NCBI GenBank assembly: GCA_030765145.1
Contig: JAVCDA010000046.1
Span: 6,142 to 70,141, forward strand
Origin: Candidatus Saelkia tenebricola
Lineage (GTDB): Bacteria; Omnitrophota; Gorgyraeia; Kaelpiales; Kaelpiaceae
DNA: 64,000 nt
Reading direction: 5' to 3'
Shown here: positions 29,786-38,616 of the stretch, in pieces
Position numbering within the stretch: the first letter of the stretch is position 1
How the letters are laid out: each line of letters begins with the position of its first letter
Notes under the pieces: model-generated
The model's database searches: none
What the model saw: only the letters and a program-made list of their open reading frames with translations
What the model was told of the DNA's origin: nothing
Translations under genes and position numbers: made by a program

Positions 29786-29859
29786 GCGCCTGTGGCTCAA
29801 TTGGATAGAGCGGCTGGCTACGGACCAGTAGATTGGGGGTTCGAGTCCCTCCAGGCGTA
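29786..29859 (+). tRNA. tRNA-Arg (anticodon ACG)
   Basis: Hand-folded cloverleaf: acceptor GCGCCTG/CAGGCGT (G1-U72), D-arm GCTC/GAGC, anticodon stem GCTGG/CCAGT with loop CTACGGA, T-arm GGGGG-TTCGAGT-CCCTC; 74 nt. Confidence 0.8.
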
Positions 29860-29884
29860 TTTTCTGGTGATAATAAATTGTTAG

Positions 29885-30349
29885 TTGAAAATGGATGATA
29901 AATTCTATATGCAACAGGCTCTCAATGAAGCTTTAAAAGCTCTTGAGGAAGACGAGGTTCCGGTAGGGGCAATTATTGTATATCAAAGCAAGATAATTGC
30001 TCGCTCATATAATCAAGTTAGACGTCTTAAAGACCCTACAGCTCATGCAGAAATCTTAGCGATTACTCAAGCCGCCAGTTTTTTAAACTATGAGAGATTG
30101 AATGGCTGTAAAATCTATGTTACAATCGAGCCGTGTGTAATGTGTGCTGGAGCTTTAATATTATCCAGAGTGGATAAGTTGATATATGGAGCTTCCGATA
30201 ACAGGCAGGGAGCTTTTGGTTCTTTACTTGATATTACAAAGTATAAAGATACTCATCACAAGATAAAGGTAAAAAGTGGTATTTTAAGAGAAGAATCTGC
30301 TTCTTTGATTCAGGATTTTTTCAAAGAAAAGAGGTCTTCTCTTCAGTAG
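29885..30349 (+). CDS. tadA: tRNA-specific adenosine(34) deaminase
   Basis: CDA-fold zinc motifs 'HAE' and 'PCVMCAGA'; 154 aa. Confidence 0.9.
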   Translation: MKMDDKFYMQQALNEALKALEEDEVPVGAIIVYQSKIIARSYNQVRRLKDPTAHAEILAITQAASFLNYERLNGCKIYVTIEPCVMCAGALILSRVDKLIYGASDNRQGAFGSLLDITKYKDTHHKIKVKSGILREESASLIQDFFKEKRSSLQ

Positions 30350-30368
30350 GTTTGTTTTTGTTAGACAT

Positions 30369-30458
30369 GGAGAGGTGGCTGAGTGGCCGAAAGCAGCCGC
30401 CTGCTAAGCGGTTGGCCTTCTAAAAGGGGGCCCCCGGGTTCAAATCCCGGCCTCTCCG
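30369..30458 (+). tRNA. tRNA-Ser (anticodon GCT), long variable arm
   Basis: Acceptor GGAGAGG/CCTCTCC plus discriminator G; anticodon stem GCCGC/GCGGT with loop CTGCTAA; a long extra arm; T-loop TTCAAAT; 90 nt. Confidence 0.85.
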
Positions 30459-30595
30459 TTTTGCAAAGTATGCGAAGAAATTTCAAAGGAAATTTCAAGC
30501 GATTACACGGGGATGGTTTTATTGTTCGGAACAATTTGACTGATTTGTTGTTTTGTATTAATGTTTCTAAAACAGTAGATTTTTAAAAGATAGAT

Positions 30596-32221
30596 ATGAG
30601 CTATTTAGTTATTGCCAGAAAATGGAGACCTCAAAAATTTGAGGATATAGTTGGGCAAGAACATATTGTCAGGGTCTTGCAGAATGCAATTAAATTAGAT
30701 AGAGTTTCTCATGCTTATCTTTTTGCAGGTCCCAGAGGGGTAGGTAAAACTACAACTGCCCGTGTTTTGGCTAAAGCGCTTAATTGTGTTGAAAAACCAA
30801 CTCCTGTTCCGTGTCTGGAGTGTATCAATTGTAAAGAAATATTCAAGGGGATAAGTTTAGATGTTTTAGAAGTTGACGGAGCATCTAATAGAGGTATTGA
30901 ACAGGTTCGCGATTTAAGAGAAAACGTAAAGCTTAAACCTGCCCATGGGAGGTTTAAAATTTATATTATTGACGAAGTTCATATGCTCACAGAACCTGCA
31001 TTTAATGCTTTGCTTAAGACGCTTGAGGAGCCGCCTGAGCATGTTAAGTTTATTTTTGCAACTACTCAGCCTAATAAAGTTCCAGCTACTATTTTATCGC
31101 GGTGTCAAAAATTTGATTTTAGACCATTGTCGGTTTCGATTATTCAAGAAAAGTTATCTCAGATTTTAAAAGAGGAAAAAATAAAATTTCAACAAGAGGC
31201 TATATTGGCAATTGCTGAGGCAGCAGATGGGAGCTTAAGAGATGCAGAATCTTTATTAGATCAGTTTATCTGTGTAAGTCAGGATTCCTCGATAGACATT
31301 CAGATAGTTGATGAATTTTTGGGAGTTATTAACGTGGGGGTTGTAGATAAATTAATTCAGGGATTAATAGAATCTGATGAAAGAAATGCCCTTTTGATAT
31401 TGGAGAGGTTAATTGCAGAAGGAAAAGAAGTTTCAAATATTGTAGAAAATCTCATTAAATATTTTAGGTCTATAATGCTTGTTAAAATCTTGCATCCTGA
31501 TGAAATTCCTTCTGGGGTGTTTAATGAGAATTTAAATAAAATAGAAGAACAAGGTAGACAGCTGAGCAAAGAGGAGATTCTCTTTGCACTTGATCTTTTA
31601 ACGGATATTCAGGATAGAGCGAGATTTTCTTTTTCTCCTCGCGTTTTAACAGAGCTGGGAATTTTAAAGATATGCAATAGGTCTAAGTATCAGATTTTCT
31701 TTGATTCGGTTGATGAAGTTAAAAAAGAGGTTAATAATACATCTAAAGTTAATCCTGTGTTTAAACAAGCAAGTAAGGATTTAAAAATTAATACGGATAA
31801 AGCGATACCGAAGATTGATAAAGAATTGGAGAAAAAAGAATCTCAAGATTTATTCCAGGAAATAAAGCAAATATGGCCTGAGCTTATTAAAGCTCTGGGG
31901 CAAAAAAGAATGTCTTTAGCATCTTGTTTGTCGAGTGCAAAGGTTGCATCTTTTCAAAATGATATTTTGATGCTTGAAATTAATTCAGATTCAAACTTAC
32001 AATCTGAAATATTGGAAGATAGAGACTGTAAAAAACTTATCGAAGATTTGATTCGTGATAAATTAGGTAGAAACGTAGGAGTAAAGTGTCAAACAACAAA
32101 ACAGGGTTTTTCAAAGAAATCGGATAAGGTCCAGGCAATATTGGATAATCCGAAACTCAAAAAAATTTCCTCAATGCTTAATGCGAAAGTGCTTAAAGTA
32201 ATACCTAAAGATGAAGGTTGA
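30596..32221 (+). CDS. dnaX: DNA polymerase III subunit gamma/tau
   Basis: AAA+ Walker A 'GPRGVGKTT', a zinc module with 'CLECINC', and 'IDEVHML'. Confidence 0.9.
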   Translation: MSYLVIARKWRPQKFEDIVGQEHIVRVLQNAIKLDRVSHAYLFAGPRGVGKTTTARVLAKALNCVEKPTPVPCLECINCKEIFKGISLDVLEVDGASNRGIEQVRDLRENVKLKPAHGRFKIYIIDEVHMLTEPAFNALLKTLEEPPEHVKFIFATTQPNKVPATILSRCQKFDFRPLSVSIIQEKLSQILKEEKIKFQQEAILAIAEAADGSLRDAESLLDQFICVSQDSSIDIQIVDEFLGVINVGVVDKLIQGLIESDERNALLILERLIAEGKEVSNIVENLIKYFRSIMLVKILHPDEIPSGVFNENLNKIEEQGRQLSKEEILFALDLLTDIQDRARFSFSPRVLTELGILKICNRSKYQIFFDSVDEVKKEVNNTSKVNPVFKQASKDLKINTDKAIPKIDKELEKKESQDLFQEIKQIWPELIKALGQKRMSLASCLSSAKVASFQNDILMLEINSDSNLQSEILEDRDCKKLIEDLIRDKLGRNVGVKCQTTKQGFSKKSDKVQAILDNPKLKKISSMLNAKVLKVIPKDEG

Positions 32222-32807
32222 ATTGCTCAATCAATTAGTTGAAGAATTCTCAAAATTCCCCGGTGTGGGTAGAAAGACTGCAGAACGTTTTGCTTTTCAT
32301 ATTTTAAACTTAGAATCGAGTAAAATCCAAGGTTTAATAAATTCAATTCAGGAAGTAAGAGATAAGATAAAACATTGCAAAATATGCAATAATTTAACTG
32401 AATATGAAATTTGTAACATATGTCAGGATAGTCATAGAGACAATACAATTATATGTATTATCGAAGAGCCCAAAGATTTAATTGCCATTGAAAAAACAGG
32501 TTGCTATAGGGGGAGGTATTTTGTTCTTTTAGGAGCCCTTTCTCCTTTAGACGGTATAGGTATAAAGGATATCAAAGTTAAAGAGCTTCTTATTCATCTT
32601 AAATCTCACCCTGAAATTAAAGAGTTAATTATTGCTACAGATGCAGATGCAGAAGGAGCAGCCACAGCACATTATCTCGCTGATGTTCTTAAACCATTGG
32701 AGATGAAAGTTACCCGAATAGGTTTAGGTCTTCCCGTAGGAGCAGATTTGGAATTTATAGATAGAAATACTTTAGAAGAAGCGTTAAAAGGAAGAAGAGA
32801 AATATAA
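32211..32807 (+). CDS. recR: recombination protein RecR
   Basis: A helix-hairpin-helix N-terminus, a C4 zinc finger 'CKICNN...CNIC', and a Toprim domain. Confidence 0.9.
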   Translation: MKVELLNQLVEEFSKFPGVGRKTAERFAFHILNLESSKIQGLINSIQEVRDKIKHCKICNNLTEYEICNICQDSHRDNTIICIIEEPKDLIAIEKTGCYRGRYFVLLGALSPLDGIGIKDIKVKELLIHLKSHPEIKELIIATDADAEGAATAHYLADVLKPLEMKVTRIGLGLPVGADLEFIDRNTLEEALKGRREI

Positions 32808-33015
32808 ATATCTAAGGGGTTTTTCACCTCAATATCCCTGTGCGAGTACTTTAAGAGAGATTTCGTAAAAGTGTATTCTTATTAAAACTTTAATAAAAGT
32901 TACACCCGATATGTTAATTATTGTTGCTATTTTACATTTGTTCTGAAAATTCAGTAATTTTCTCCTAATTCCCTCTTATTTTAAGGCTAAAAATTTATAT
33001 TTTTTAGTTGTTATT

Positions 33016-33031
33016 TGGCACGAAAATTGAA
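33016..33031 (+). promoter_or_regulatory. candidate sigma54 -24/-12-like element, TGGCAC-N5-TTGAA
   Basis: TGGCACGAAAATTGAA matches the TGGCAC-N5-TTGCW consensus except for the C of the -12 GC. It lies about 33 bp upstream of the ATG at 33064 with an AGGAGG RBS in between. A sigma70 reading is also possible. Confidence 0.3.
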
Positions 33032-33063
33032 TGTTATATGGTGAAAATAAAGGAGGTAGCGAA

Positions 33064-33366
33064 ATGAAGGTAAAATTTTACAAGATTCAAAAGAAAAGAC
33101 TGGGCGGTGAAGACGTTGTAGTGATTTACACTAAGGGTGCCTTTAGCGGTATGCTGGAGGTTAGAAATAATGAATTATCTTTCAATGGCAAGAAAGATGA
33201 AGAGCTTATGGATATTCTATTCCAACCTTACCATATGCCAATAGCCGGTACTAAGGGGAAGAATGTACGTGATAAGTTACTTTTGCCTGGTACCCCCCAG
33301 CATCTTGAGGCAGTTAGAAGAAGCTGCTGGAATCATGGCTACATAGCAGAAATGGAGGAGAGTTAA
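33064..33366 (+). CDS. hypothetical small protein (100 aa)
   Basis: AGGAGG RBS 7 nt upstream. The ORF in the supplied track opens at 33031. No recognisable motif; soluble. Confidence 0.5.
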   Translation: MKVKFYKIQKKRLGGEDVVVIYTKGAFSGMLEVRNNELSFNGKKDEELMDILFQPYHMPIAGTKGKNVRDKLLLPGTPQHLEAVRRSCWNHGYIAEMEES

Positions 33367-33368
33367 AA

Positions 33369-33695
33369 ATGCATAGTATAATATTTGCAAAAGATGTTTT
33401 ACCAAAACAGGATGTGAGGGAGGTGAGAATTACCGAAAAGGTAAATAAAGAAGGCGTTTTTGTTTATTCGCGTAGAAGAAGTTTTTATCAAGTAATAGAT
33501 AATGAGGGCAAAATTCCCGTATATGAAACTGATGTAAAACCGGAAATGTATATATATAAGAATATCCAAGATAATAGGAAGTTTTTCCGCTGGAAGGTTA
33601 GAGGAGTTGTAAAATTGCCTCAAGGGAGAAAAACAGCGTCTCTTTTAGCCTATGAACATTCTTTTTGGATGTTTATTAAAGATCAGCCGTCGTAA
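33369..33695 (+). CDS. hypothetical small protein (108 aa)
   Basis: GGAGGAG RBS upstream. Starts 3 nt after the previous stop, which suggests co-transcription. No recognisable motif. Confidence 0.5.
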   Translation: MHSIIFAKDVLPKQDVREVRITEKVNKEGVFVYSRRRSFYQVIDNEGKIPVYETDVKPEMYIYKNIQDNRKFFRWKVRGVVKLPQGRKTASLLAYEHSFWMFIKDQPS

Positions 33696-33732
33696 TTGTT
33701 CTATATCTCTATGTTAAATCCCGGTTATAGAT

Positions 33733-33761
33733 TTGCTATTTTGTATTGCCTAACATATAAT
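33733..33761 (+). promoter_or_regulatory. sigma70-type promoter of the arg/lys array (-35 TTGCTA, 17-bp spacer, -10 TATAAT)
   Basis: Hexamers read directly from the sequence, 24 bp upstream of the argD start. Confidence 0.45.
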
Positions 33762-33784
33762 AATTGTGATATCTATCTTAAATC

Positions 33785-34972
33785 ATGAAGAACGAAGATG
33801 TAGCAAAAATTTATTCTAAATATGTTATGAATACCTATACCCGTATGCCTCTTTCTCTTGCAAAGGGTAAAGGGTCTCGGGTTTGGGATTTAGAGCAGAA
33901 CGAATATCTGGATTTTTTCCCGGGATGGGGTGTATCGGTTTTAGGGCATTGTCCTCCTAAAGTGGTTTCTCACATTAAAGATCAGGTTAAGAAAATTATT
34001 CATGTATCGAATAACTATTATAATCATTTGCAGGCACGAATCGGGAAAATGCTTATTAAAATTACGCGTATTGAAGGAAAAGCTTTTTTCTGTAATTCCG
34101 GAGCCGAAGCGAATGAATCTGCTTTTAAGCTTGCCAGGGCATATGGTAAAGGCGAGAAGTATAAGATCATTACAATGCAGAATTCATTTCATGGCAGAAC
34201 ATTGGGCTGCATTGCTGCTACAGGGCAGGAAAAATACAAAGAAGGATTTGAGCCTATTGTCCCTGGATTTTTACATGCCCCGTTTAACGATATAGAGGCT
34301 GTTAAAAAAACTATAGATAATGAAACAGTTGCAGTAATGCTGGAATTGATTCAGGGAGAAGGTGGAATAAATGTGGCAGATGTGGATTTTGTAAAAGAGT
34401 TAAGAAAAATTTGTGATAATAAAAATTTATTACTTATTATTGATGAGGTTCAGTCCGGTATGGGTAGAACAGGAGAATGGTTCTCATATCAGCACTATGG
34501 AATTACCCCCGACATAATTACTATTGCAAAAGGGATTGCAGGTGGGTTGCCTATGGGGGTTATGATTGCTAAAGATAAGATTGCGGATTGTTTTAAACCC
34601 GGAATGCATGCTTCAACATTTGGAGGTAGTCCTTTGGTATCAAAAGCTGCATTGGGTGTGATTGATACAATTATGAAAAAAAAGCTGCTTAAAAATACAC
34701 GCGAAATGGGAGAGTATTTAAAAAGTTGTTTAATTGAGTTAAAAAATAAATATGTCATAATTAAAGAGGTAAGAGGAATTGGCCTTATGATTGGTGTAGA
34801 GGTTGAAGAGAAAGGCAAAGAGATATTCGATCTTTGTTTTAAAAAAAAGCTATTAATTAATTTGACTCATGGGAATATATTAAGGATTATGCCTGCTATA
34901 AACGTTAGCAAGAAAGAGATAAATAAAGCGATTAATATTTTAAACCAGGTTTTTGAAGAGGTTGTAAAATGA
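33785..34972 (+). CDS. argD: acetylornithine aminotransferase (class III PLP aminotransferase)
   Basis: 'IDEVQSGMGRTGEWF' motif and a PLP-Lys region 'TIAKGIAGG'. Assignment supported by adjacency to argF, argG and argH. Confidence 0.8.
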   Translation: MKNEDVAKIYSKYVMNTYTRMPLSLAKGKGSRVWDLEQNEYLDFFPGWGVSVLGHCPPKVVSHIKDQVKKIIHVSNNYYNHLQARIGKMLIKITRIEGKAFFCNSGAEANESAFKLARAYGKGEKYKIITMQNSFHGRTLGCIAATGQEKYKEGFEPIVPGFLHAPFNDIEAVKKTIDNETVAVMLELIQGEGGINVADVDFVKELRKICDNKNLLLIIDEVQSGMGRTGEWFSYQHYGITPDIITIAKGIAGGLPMGVMIAKDKIADCFKPGMHASTFGGSPLVSKAALGVIDTIMKKKLLKNTREMGEYLKSCLIELKNKYVIIKEVRGIGLMIGVEVEEKGKEIFDLCFKKKLLINLTHGNILRIMPAINVSKKEINKAINILNQVFEEVVK

Positions 34973-35877
34973 AGCATTTATTAAGTATTAATGATTTGAG
35001 TCGTGAAGATATTTTAGAGCTTGTTTCCCTGGCAGAGAGCCTTAAATTGGATAGAAAATTCAGCAATGATTTAAAGAATAAAAACATTATTCTCCTGTTT
35101 GAAAAACCTTCTTTAAGGACAAGAGTTAGTTTTGAAGTCGCAATTGCAGAGCTTAATGGAAAATATTATCATCTTGAAGGTCAAGCAGCTGGAATAGGTA
35201 AACGTGAAGCTGTTAAAGATATAGCTAAAGTGTTATCACGGTATGTGCAGGCTTGTATAATAAGAACGTTTAAACAGGCTGATATACTTGAATTCTCACA
35301 ATATGCATCTATACCTGTTATCAATGCTCTTACCGATTTAGAGCACCCTTGTCAGATTTTAAGTGATTTACTGACTATAAAGGGGAAGATTAACAGATTA
35401 AGTGAATTTAAAATTGCTTTTATCGGGGATGGTAATAATGTCAGCCATTCTTTAATACAAGCAGCAGCAATTTTAGGTTTTGATTTATCAATTGCTACAC
35501 CTTCTGGTTATGAGCCTAAAGATGAAATATTAATCCCTGCTCTTAAAAAAGCGGAGCAAACTAATGCAAAAATCAATGTTTCAAATAATGTCCAAGATGC
35601 GGTAAAAAACGCTGATTTTATTTATACAGATGTCTGGACATCAATGGGGCAGGAGAAAGAAAAGCACTTGAGAAAGCAAATATTTAAGGATTTTCAAATA
35701 AATGAGCAGTTGTTAAGCAGCCTATCCCGGAAGTGTTATATTATGCATTGCTTGCCTGCCCATAGGGGAGAGGAGATAACAGATAAAGCTGTTGATTCTG
35801 AACATTCTATCGTTATAGATCAGGCAGAAAACAGGTTGCATATGCATAAAGCTATTCTGATTAAATTGTTTTCTTAG
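34969..35877 (+). CDS. argF: ornithine carbamoyltransferase
   Basis: 'SLRTR', 'HCLPA' and 'DVWTSMG' motifs. Confidence 0.9.
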   Translation: MKHLLSINDLSREDILELVSLAESLKLDRKFSNDLKNKNIILLFEKPSLRTRVSFEVAIAELNGKYYHLEGQAAGIGKREAVKDIAKVLSRYVQACIIRTFKQADILEFSQYASIPVINALTDLEHPCQILSDLLTIKGKINRLSEFKIAFIGDGNNVSHSLIQAAAILGFDLSIATPSGYEPKDEILIPALKKAEQTNAKINVSNNVQDAVKNADFIYTDVWTSMGQEKEKHLRKQIFKDFQINEQLLSSLSRKCYIMHCLPAHRGEEITDKAVDSEHSIVIDQAENRLHMHKAILIKLFS

Positions 35878-36058
35878 AAGTTATTCAGTTGAAAATCAAA
35901 GAAACGGTTCTCTAATCTGTGTTATTTTATCTGACTTGACTTGTTACTGATGGATTTTTAAGTTTACAGTGTTTAAATATTAGTATTTTTAAAGTTTTTC
36001 ACTATAGAAAATTTGTATGTTTTACGGTATCATAAAGGGCAATAACAGGAGGTAATTT

Positions 36059-37240
36059 ATGTCTAAAAAAGTAGTATTAGCATATTCAGGTGGTCTTGAT
36101 ACAACTGTTGCAATACCGTGGCTTAAAGAGCGAGGATATGAGGTCATTGCTTTTAGCGCCGATGTTGGTCAAGGGGAGAAAAGATTTGATGTTATATCAA
36201 AAAGAGCAAAGATTGCAGGCGCAAAAAAGATTATTGTAAAAGATTTAAGAAGGGAATTTATTCAGAATTATGCTTTTAAAGCATTAAAAGCTCATGCTTT
36301 ATATGAAGATAAATATTACCTTGCAACTGCTCTTTCCCGCCCTTTGATAGCAAAAAACTTAATAGATATTGCAAAAAAAGAGAAAGCCGATGCAGTCGTA
36401 CATGGCTGTACAGGAAAAGGTAATGACCAGGTAAGATTTGAAGTTACTATAAAGGTGTTAGCTCCGAAGTTAAAAATAATTGCTCCGTTGCGTGACTGGG
36501 AATTGAAAAGCAGAGCAGAAGAAATTGAGTATGCTAAAAAGAGAAAAATTCCTATTGAAATTAAAGATTCAGCTTATAGCATTGATAGGAATATATGGGG
36601 TGTAAGTATCGAATGCGGAGTTTTAGAAGAAATAGATAAAGAAGCTCCTGAGGATGTATTTCTTATTACGAATTCAATAGAAAAGGCGCCTAAAAATGGA
36701 GAGTATGTTGAGATTGAATTTAAAAAAGGTCTTCCCGTAGGGCTGAATGGCAAAGCGATGGATTCTGTAAAATTGGTGGAAAGTCTAAATAAGATTGGTG
36801 GAAAACACGGAATCGGGCGGGTTGATATGATTGAGAATAGACTCATTGGAATTAAAAGCAGGGAAATATATGAGTCTCCGGCAGCTGCACTTTTATACTT
36901 TGCACATAGAGAGTTAGAGTCGCTTATTCTTGACAGGGAGAGTTCCCACTTTAAAAATATTGTTTCTCAAAAATATGCTGAGATTATTTATTATGGGCTT
37001 ATGTGTACGCCTTTAAAATCATCTTTAGATGCATTTATAGATACATCTCAAACGCATCTAACAGGAAAGATAAAATTAAAGTTGCAGAAAGGGAATATAA
37101 AAGCAGCATCAAGAGAGTCTAAATTCTCCAAATATAATATAAAACTTGCAACATATGGTAAGGGAGATATGTTTGACCATAAGGCTTCTGAGGGATTCAT
37201 AAAAATATGGGCTCAGACTTTTCAGGGAGAGATAAAATGA
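36059..37240 (+). CDS. argG: argininosuccinate synthase
   Basis: 'AYSGGLDTT' PP-loop; 393 aa. Confidence 0.95.
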   Translation: MSKKVVLAYSGGLDTTVAIPWLKERGYEVIAFSADVGQGEKRFDVISKRAKIAGAKKIIVKDLRREFIQNYAFKALKAHALYEDKYYLATALSRPLIAKNLIDIAKKEKADAVVHGCTGKGNDQVRFEVTIKVLAPKLKIIAPLRDWELKSRAEEIEYAKKRKIPIEIKDSAYSIDRNIWGVSIECGVLEEIDKEAPEDVFLITNSIEKAPKNGEYVEIEFKKGLPVGLNGKAMDSVKLVESLNKIGGKHGIGRVDMIENRLIGIKSREIYESPAAALLYFAHRELESLILDRESSHFKNIVSQKYAEIIYYGLMCTPLKSSLDAFIDTSQTHLTGKIKLKLQKGNIKAASRESKFSKYNIKLATYGKGDMFDHKASEGFIKIWAQTFQGEIK

Positions 37241-38613
37241 AAGAGAAATTATGGGGTGGAAGATTTAAAGAGGCTTTGGATTCTCTTGTTTTTGATTTTA
37301 CCAAAAGCATAGAATATGACTGGTTTTTGTTTGAATATGAAGCATATTCAAATATTGCCTGGGTTGAAGAGTTGAACCGTTTAAAACTTATAACTTCTTC
37401 TGAAGCTAAAAAACTAGTTAAATCAATAAAGGAACTTTTGGAAGATTATTTTAAAGGCAAAGCAAAAATTGATTTCAAGGAAGAGGATATTCATTCGTTA
37501 TTTTATAAACTTCTAAGAAAAAAAGCGGGTGATTTGACGGATAAAATACATGCCGGTAAAAGCAGAAATGAACAGGTTGTAACTGTGATGAGAATGTTCC
37601 TAAAGGATGCATTATTAGAGACAGGAGAACTTGTAAAAAATTTGCAAAAATCTATGCTAAAGAAGGCTATGATTTATGCAGGAGTTGTGATTCCGGGATT
37701 TACTCATTTGCAATACGCTCAACCTGTGCTTTTTGCGCATTGGATGTTGTCGTTTGTAACTCAGTTGGAACGTGATAAACAGAGATTAAATGATTGTTTT
37801 ACAAGAGTTGATATTCTGCCGTTGGGAAGCGGAGCGCTTTCAGGAAGCAATTTTAATATAGACAGAGAGCGAATAAAACAAGATTTATCTTTTGCCTCAA
37901 TAGGCAGCAATAGCATGGATATGGTGAGTGACAGAGATTTTATATTGGAATATTTGAATTGCAATTTAATGTTGTTATTACACTTAAGCAGAATGGCTGA
38001 GGATTTGATAATTTATAATAGTCCGGGATATGGTTTTATTGATTTTGGAGATAAAGTCACAACCGGTTCCAGCCTTATGCCTCATAAAAAGAATCCAGAT
38101 CCTGTTGAGCTGATAAGATCCTCGGTTGCTGAGGCGTTATCAAGCTATACTTTTTTGACGAATGTTTTAAAAGGATTGCCGACAACATACAACCGTGATT
38201 TACAATTGGACAAGAAGCCTTTATTTGCATCGTATCTTCTAACAATAAGAGTTCTTGATGTTGCAAGGATTGTAATATCCCAGATGTTCGTCAATAAAAA
38301 GAGAGCATCTGAATTGCTCTGCGATGAGAGGTTTTATCTGACAGATATATCGGAAGAATTGATTAAGCAGGGTCTTTCCTGGAAAGAGGCGCATACAAAG
38401 GTTGGCGAGTTAATAAAATATGCAGAGTCAAATCACCAGGCTATAAATAAGTTAGATAAATCTGTTATTAAGAATATTTTGTCTCGGGATATTAAAATAA
38501 ACGAATATCTAAATGCTGATAAATCTGTAAACCGGAAATTAACTACAGGTTCTACTAACAAGAAATACGTGGGAAGAGAAATTAAAAAGTGGCAGCGGAT
38601 TTTGGAGTCATAA
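37237..38613 (+). CDS. argH: argininosuccinate lyase
   Basis: 'MKEKLWGGRF' N-terminus and the fumarate-lyase signature 'GSSLMPHKKNPD'. ATGA overlap with the argG stop. Confidence 0.9.
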   Translation: MKEKLWGGRFKEALDSLVFDFTKSIEYDWFLFEYEAYSNIAWVEELNRLKLITSSEAKKLVKSIKELLEDYFKGKAKIDFKEEDIHSLFYKLLRKKAGDLTDKIHAGKSRNEQVVTVMRMFLKDALLETGELVKNLQKSMLKKAMIYAGVVIPGFTHLQYAQPVLFAHWMLSFVTQLERDKQRLNDCFTRVDILPLGSGALSGSNFNIDRERIKQDLSFASIGSNSMDMVSDRDFILEYLNCNLMLLLHLSRMAEDLIIYNSPGYGFIDFGDKVTTGSSLMPHKKNPDPVELIRSSVAEALSSYTFLTNVLKGLPTTYNRDLQLDKKPLFASYLLTIRVLDVARIVISQMFVNKKRASELLCDERFYLTDISEELIKQGLSWKEAHTKVGELIKYAESNHQAINKLDKSVIKNILSRDIKINEYLNADKSVNRKLTTGSTNKKYVGREIKKWQRILES

Positions 38614-38616
38614 ACT

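Noticed and set aside
30383-30586. 67-aa ORF in the supplied track
   Set aside because: It lies on top of the tRNA-Ser(GCT) gene (30369-30458) and the following non-coding spacer. It is an artefact of the GC-rich tRNA sequence.
30459-30595. Short direct repeat GAAATTTCAAAGGAAATTTCAAG after tRNA-Ser
   Set aside because: Only two copies of a 9-10 nt unit. There is no attachment-site-like duplication of the tRNA 3' end nearby. It is more likely incidental or part of a dnaX promoter region.
33008-33043. Alternative sigma70 reading of the promoter upstream of the small-protein pair
   Set aside because: TTGGCA paired with possible -10 hexamers gives poor spacing (13-15 bp). I therefore kept the sigma54-like interpretation as the primary but low-confidence call, and recorded the ambiguity.
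35878-36058. ARG-box / ArgR operator in the 180-bp gap before argG
   Set aside because: AT-rich near-palindromes are present (for example around 35960-35990), but none fits the TNTGAATWWWWATTCANW consensus convincingly. Only a generic promoter-like TTGACT element is evident.
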